Assembly (NCBI GenBank): GCA_005888435.1
Contig: VAXO01000051.1
Location: 4,587 to 68,586 of the forward strand
DNA: 64,000 nt
From: Actinomycetota bacterium
Lineage (GTDB): Bacteria; Actinomycetota; Thermoleophilia; Gaiellales; Gaiellaceae
Direction: 5' to 3'
Part shown: positions 59,738 through 64,000 of the stretch, one piece after another
Layout: every line of letters begins with the position of its first letter
Position numbering within the stretch: the first letter of the stretch is position 1
The notes under the pieces: model-generated
Databases searched by the model: none
Seen by the model: the letters and a program-made list of their open reading frames with translations, nothing else
What the model was told of the DNA's origin: nothing
Program-made: the position numbers and the translations under genes

Positions 59738-60018
59738 AGCACGGGTACGACAAGGCTGCGCTGACGAAGCGCCTGCACCGCATCGAAGGCCAGGTCCGTG
59801 GGATCGAGCGGATGGTCGAGGACGACCGCTACTGCATCGACATCCTCACGCAGGTCGCGGCGGTGAACACCGCCCTCGAGAGCCTGGCCTTCAAGGTGCT
59901 CGACGATCATGTGAGTCACTGCGTGGCCGACGCGGTTGCATCAGGCGACAGGAACGCCGCCGCGCAGAAGACAGAGGAGCTCCTCGCCGCGGTCCAGCGT
60001 TTTGCACGTACACGCTGA
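59734..60018 (+). CDS. csoR: CsoR-family metal-sensing repressor
   Basis: [34 protein letters not shown]...L........H..HC. Confidence 0.9.
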   Translation: MKHGYDKAALTKRLHRIEGQVRGIERMVEDDRYCIDILTQVAAVNTALESLAFKVLDDHVSHCVADAVASGDRNAAAQKTEELLAAVQRFARTR

Positions 60019-60460
60019 GCACAGCCTCAACGGCTACGCGACCTCCGCGACGTTGCATTGTCTGGCCGGCTGCGCGATCGGCGAGGTCGTCGGGATGGCG
60101 CTCGCGACCGCGTTCGGCTGGGGCAACGCGGTGCAGATCGTGCTTGCGATCGCACTCGCGTTCGTGTTCGGCTACGCGCTCACGATGCGGCCCGTGCTGG
60201 CCGCCGGCGTCCCATTCAAGCACGCTTCGCGCATCGCGCTCGCGTCGGACACGGCCTCGATCTCTGTGATGGAGCTAGTGGACAACCTCTTCGTGCTCGC
60301 CGTCCCCGGTGCGCTGGCCGCCGGCCTCGGCGACGCGATCTTCTGGTGGAGCATCGCGATCGGCTTCGCGATCGCATTCGGCCCCGCGTTGCTCGTCAAC
60401 CGTTGGTTGATCGCCCGCGGCAAAGGCCACGCGGTCGTCCACGAGTACCACCACCATTAG
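60002..60460 (+). CDS. DUF4396-like membrane protein (Cys/His-rich, cop-operon associated)
   Basis: TTG 60002. ATLHCLAGCAIGEVVGM...; ends HEYHHH. Confidence 0.7.
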   Translation: MHVHAEHSLNGYATSATLHCLAGCAIGEVVGMALATAFGWGNAVQIVLAIALAFVFGYALTMRPVLAAGVPFKHASRIALASDTASISVMELVDNLFVLAVPGALAAGLGDAIFWWSIAIGFAIAFGPALLVNRWLIARGKGHAVVHEYHHH

Positions 60461-60476
60461 GTGGTGGTACCGGGTT

Positions 60477-60670
60477 ACGCCGCTTCGCGGTTAACGCGCG
60501 CGGGCAAAGCCCGCCCGCTCCTGGTCGGTGGGCGGCTGTCCTCTTCCGTGCGGCGCGAGCAGGCTGCGCGTGCTCGCGTCGCATCAGTTCGCCTCAGCGT
60601 AAGCCGCGCTCCGCGCCGGCTTACGCTGCGGCCTTGACGGGTCTGACGCCGAAGGGGGTCTGACCCCAGC
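60477..60670 (+). repeat. Roughly 190-nt mosaic intergenic repeat, copy B, ending in inverted GGGGTCTGACCCC dyads
   Basis: See copy A. 12-bp hairpin CAGCGTAAGCCG...CGGCTTACGCTG (60595-60628). Dyads at 60639-60650 (degenerate) and 60655-60667. Confidence 0.75.
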
Positions 60671-60676
60671 AGTTCG

Positions 60677-62422
60677 CTACGGCGCCGCGAGACCCGCTTG
60701 CCAGGATGCCCACAGCCGGGCGTAGCGTTCGCCTTGCTCGACGAGCTCGTCGTGGGACGCGACCTCGACTAGACGGCCGTGCTCCATCACCGCGACGCGG
60801 TCGGCGCGCTGTGCGGTCGAGAGGCGGTGCGCGATCGTGATCACCGTCCGCCCTTCGGCGACCGCGGAGAGCGCCGTCTCGACCGCGACCTCCGTCGCTG
60901 GATCGAGGCTCGACGTTGCCTCGTCGAGCACGATCACGGCGGGATCCGCGAGCGCGATCCGTGCGATCCCGACGAGCTGCCGCTCTCCGGCCGACAGCCG
61001 CAGCCCGCGCGTCTGGACGTCGGTGTCGAGCCCCTGCGGCAGCGACTCGAACCGGTCGAGCGCGCCGATCGTCCGCAGCGCACGGCGCACGTCCTCGTCG
61101 GATGCCTCCGGATGCGCGAGGCGGACGTTGTCGGCAATCGTCCCGGTGAACAAGTGGCCCTCCTGCGGCAGCAGCACGATCTGCCTGCGTAACGATGCGA
61201 GCGTCCCTTCGCGCAGGTCGACGCCGCCAAGCTGGATGCTCCCCTGCTGCGGGTCGTACTGACGCGTCAGGAGCTTCGCGACGGTGGACTTGCCTGCGCC
61301 GGTCGCGCCGACGAGCGCAATGTGCTCTCCGGGCGCCACCTCCAGCGTCAGATCCCGGACGACCGGACGCTTTCGGTAGCCGAACGTGACGTTGCTCAAC
61401 GCGAGCGCGCCCTTGTGCGGCAACTCGACGGCGCTCGGCTTCTGCGTGATCGAGGCCGGCACCTCGAGCAGCCCCACGATCTTCGCGAGCGCGGCGAGGC
61501 CCTGCCGGAACTCCCCGAGCCATTCCGTGAAGCGCCCGATCGGGTCGAAGAGCTGGATCAGGTAGAGGACGAAGGCGGTGACCGTCCCGAGCGAGATCTT
61601 GCCGTCCTTGTACATCGACGCGGCGGTGAGCAGCACGACGATCAGCGCCGACGCCTGCGCAAGCGGCAGGAAGGCGAACAGCCGGATGTTCACGAACGAC
61701 GCCCGCCGCCAGGCACGAATCTGCGCCTGGCTGCGCGGGCGATACCGCTCGAGCGTGCGCTGCTCGCGCCTGAACGCCTGCACGACGCGCACGCCGGCGA
61801 GCCCCTCTTGCAGCGCCGTCAGCGTCTCGGCGACGCGATCGCGAATCGCGTGGTACGCACGGCCGGCGCCGTGGTGGAAGCTCCAACTCGACGCCACCAG
61901 GATCGGGAGCGCGACGAGCGAGATCGCGGCGAGCTCGGGGGAGAGGAAGATGAGCGCCACCACGGTGAGGACGATCTGGAGCGCGCTGCCCACGATCTCC
62001 ACCAGGGCCTCTCGGACGAGCTCGTTCAGGGACTGCACGTCCGAGGTCAGCCGCGAAATGAGCACGCCCGCGCGTTCGCGCTCGTAGAAGCCGAGCGGCA
62101 GTGCCTGCAGCTTGTCGAACGAGGCGACACGCAGCGAATGCAGGAACCGCTCGCCGGCAGTCGCAGCGAGCAGGATCTGTGCGCGCACGACGAAGGGCTT
62201 CAGGGAGGCGAGGCAGAGGAAGATGATCGCCGCGACGTTGAGGGGATGGGTGTCGTGCTTCTTGATCCCGGCGTCCACGGCGTAGCGGACGAGCGCCGGG
62301 CCCGAAAGCGTGATCAACGTCGAGGCGATCACCGCCGCGGCGGCGCCGAAATAGCGGCCGCGCACCGGCCGCATTTGCTTGCGCGACTCCCGCCAGACTG
62401 CTCTCGACGAAGCGCGGTCCAC
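60677..62422 (-). CDS. ABC exporter, fused permease/ATPase subunit
   Basis: 6 TM plus Walker A GATGAGKST, signature LSAGERQ, Walker B VIVLDEATS. Confidence 0.92.
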   Translation of the reverse strand: MDRASSRAVWRESRKQMRPVRGRYFGAAAAVIASTLITLSGPALVRYAVDAGIKKHDTHPLNVAAIIFLCLASLKPFVVRAQILLAATAGERFLHSLRVASFDKLQALPLGFYERERAGVLISRLTSDVQSLNELVREALVEIVGSALQIVLTVVALIFLSPELAAISLVALPILVASSWSFHHGAGRAYHAIRDRVAETLTALQEGLAGVRVVQAFRREQRTLERYRPRSQAQIRAWRRASFVNIRLFAFLPLAQASALIVVLLTAASMYKDGKISLGTVTAFVLYLIQLFDPIGRFTEWLGEFRQGLAALAKIVGLLEVPASITQKPSAVELPHKGALALSNVTFGYRKRPVVRDLTLEVAPGEHIALVGATGAGKSTVAKLLTRQYDPQQGSIQLGGVDLREGTLASLRRQIVLLPQEGHLFTGTIADNVRLAHPEASDEDVRRALRTIGALDRFESLPQGLDTDVQTRGLRLSAGERQLVGIARIALADPAVIVLDEATSSLDPATEVAVETALSAVAEGRTVITIAHRLSTAQRADRVAVMEHGRLVEVASHDELVEQGERYARLWASWQAGLAAP

Positions 62423-64000
62423 TACGCGACCGCCTCGAGGGCGAGGAGCGCCCGGTAGCGCGCCGAGCCCCGCAGCAGGTCGGCGTGCGTTCCCTGCTCG
62501 ACGATGCGCCCGCCGTCGAGCACCGCGACTCGGTCCGCGAGAGCGATCGTCGCGGGCCGGTGCGCGATCACGAGCGTCGTCCGGCCCTGCATCACGGTTG
62601 TGAGCGCCGCGCGGATCTCGTGCTCCTTCGTGGCGTCAACGGCGGACGTCGCATCGTCGAGGACGAGAACCGCCGGATCTGCCACGATCGCGCGTGCGAT
62701 CGCGATGCGCTGCCGCTGACCGCCGGAGAGGGAGAAGCCACGCTCGCCGAGCACTGTCTCGTATCCGTCCGGCAGATCGGCGATGAACGCCGCGGCGCCG
62801 GCGAGCTCCGCCGCGCGCGAGATCTCCTCGTCGTTCGCGTTCGGCCGCGCGAAGCGGATGTTCTCGGCGACCGTGTCGCTGAAGAGGAACGTCTCCTCGA
62901 AGACGAGCGCAACCGCTTTACGCACGTCGCCGAGCGCGAGGTCGCGCACGTTGTGCCCGTCGAGCAGCACCGCGCCCTCGTCGGGGTCGTACAGCCGTGC
63001 GAGCAGACCGGCGACCGTGCTCTTGCCGGAGCCCGTGGGCCCGACGAGCGCAAGCGACTCGCCCGGCGCCAGGTGCAGGTCGAGGCCGTCGAGCACCGGG
63101 TGGCCGTCCTCGTGGCCGAACCGCACGTCGGCCAGCCGCACGTCGCCGCGCACGGCCTGCTCGAGCTTGATCGGGTGACGCGGCTCGCGGAGCTTCGGCT
63201 CGGCCTCGAGCACCTCGCTGATCCGCGCGCTGGCGCCGACCGCCTTCTGCAAGGTGGTCACCCGCTGGCCGAGCACGCGGAGGGGCCACACGAGCATGGC
63301 GACGTACGCGTTGAACGCGACGAACGAGCCGAGGCTGAGGTCGCCGGCGATCACGCGCCGTCCGCCGAGCCACAGCACGGCCAGCAGGCCGAGCAGCGGC
63401 AGGAACTCGAGCGTCGGCATGAAGACGGCGTCCAGCCGAGCGATGTCGAGGGCGCGCTCGACGATGCGCGCGCTGCGTGCCCGGAAGTCGCCGGCCAGCG
63501 GACGGCCCGCGCCGATCCCTTTGACGACGCGGATGCCGGCGACCGTCTCCTCGACCAGGCTTGCCGCGTTGCCCCAAGCCGCCTGCAGCCGTTCCGACTG
63601 GGCGTGGTAGCGCCGCGAGTAGCCCCAGCCGGCGAGGCTGATCAGCGGCAGGGGGATCAGGACAATCAGCGCCAGCTTCCAGTCGATCACGAGCAGCACG
63701 ACCGCTACGGCGAACACGGTCAGGACGTAGCCGATCGTGTGGCCGATCGAGTCCATCATCCGCGCGACCTGCTCGGAGTCGGACGAGGCGCGGCTCATCA
63801 GCTCGCCGGGCCCGACGCGGTCGTGGTAGCTGGCGTCGAGGCGTAGCGCGTGCGCGAAGATCGCGTCCCGGACGCGAGCGTCCGAGCGCGCGCGATTGCG
63901 GATCGCGTAGAGGTGCCGTACCGCCCCCGCAGCCATCTCCAGCAGGCCGACGAAGAGCAGCGCGCCGAGCCAGATCAGCAATGCGCTGTGGTCGCGCGTC
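62422..64000 (-). CDS. ABC exporter, fused permease/ATPase subunit (N-terminus beyond window edge)
   Basis: GPTGSGKST, LSGGQRQR, VLVLDDATS. The frame stays open to nt 64000. 1-nt stop/start overlap with the downstream partner. Confidence 0.9.
   Translation of the reverse strand, partial: TRDHSALLIWLGALLFVGLLEMAAGAVRHLYAIRNRARSDARVRDAIFAHALRLDASYHDRVGPGELMSRASSDSEQVARMMDSIGHTIGYVLTVFAVAVVLLVIDWKLALIVLIPLPLISLAGWGYSRRYHAQSERLQAAWGNAASLVEETVAGIRVVKGIGAGRPLAGDFRARSARIVERALDIARLDAVFMPTLEFLPLLGLLAVLWLGGRRVIAGDLSLGSFVAFNAYVAMLVWPLRVLGQRVTTLQKAVGASARISEVLEAEPKLREPRHPIKLEQAVRGDVRLADVRFGHEDGHPVLDGLDLHLAPGESLALVGPTGSGKSTVAGLLARLYDPDEGAVLLDGHNVRDLALGDVRKAVALVFEETFLFSDTVAENIRFARPNANDEEISRAAELAGAAAFIADLPDGYETVLGERGFSLSGGQRQRIAIARAIVADPAVLVLDDATSAVDATKEHEIRAALTTVMQGRTTLVIAHRPATIALADRVAVLDGGRIVEQGTHADLLRGSARYRALLALEAVA

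Overview
Very GC-rich, actinobacterium-like chromosomal window; codon third positions are almost all G/C, so every real gene casts long mirror ORFs in other frames. nt 1-12191 carries the end of the S10 operon plus complete spc and alpha ribosomal operons (rpsC to rplQ, with secY, adk, map, infA, rpmJ, rpoA). Two genes below the ORF-track size cut-off were found by hand: rpmD and rpmJ. Four non-ribosomal genes sit between rplQ and truA: an orphan NfeD-like protein, two secreted beta-propellers and a VIT-family transporter. The rest is mixed housekeeping and accessory content:
- ligA, and a cell-wall remodelling cluster (PBP4-type dacB, orphan LuxR response regulator, paired coiled-coil 3D-domain and NlpC/P60 hydrolases)
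- acyl-CoA metabolism genes, ku, a short ssb paralog, tRNA-Pro(CGG), and an NfeD-stomatin pair
- a TetR/MFS/enolase-like module, VanW, Sir2, an L,D-transpeptidase, deoD, and tilS-hpt-ftsH
- a copZ-copA-csoR-DUF4396 copper operon with a CsoR-type operator, and a tandem ABC exporter pair running off the 3' edge

No rRNA, CRISPR array, transposase, integrase or recognisable defence system was seen. The items most worth follow-up:
1. A structured leader upstream of the NlpC/P60 gene with pseudo-symmetric repeats and a ydaO/c-di-AMP-riboswitch-like 3' box, plus a related module upstream of a neighbouring gene.
2. A dispersed repeat family built on tandem GGGGTC(A/T)GACCCC dyads at gene 3' ends, and a roughly 190-nt mosaic element in two copies plus a short inverted copy that brackets an orphan ORF.
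3. Two conserved proteins whose N-termini have no canonical start and appear to begin at near-cognate codons inside stop/start overlaps (CTGA and ATTAA).
4. A promoter, 9-codon uORF and intrinsic terminator preceding a 55-aa ORF that is absent from the ORF track.

All calls come from reading the sequence and translations by eye; no database search was run.
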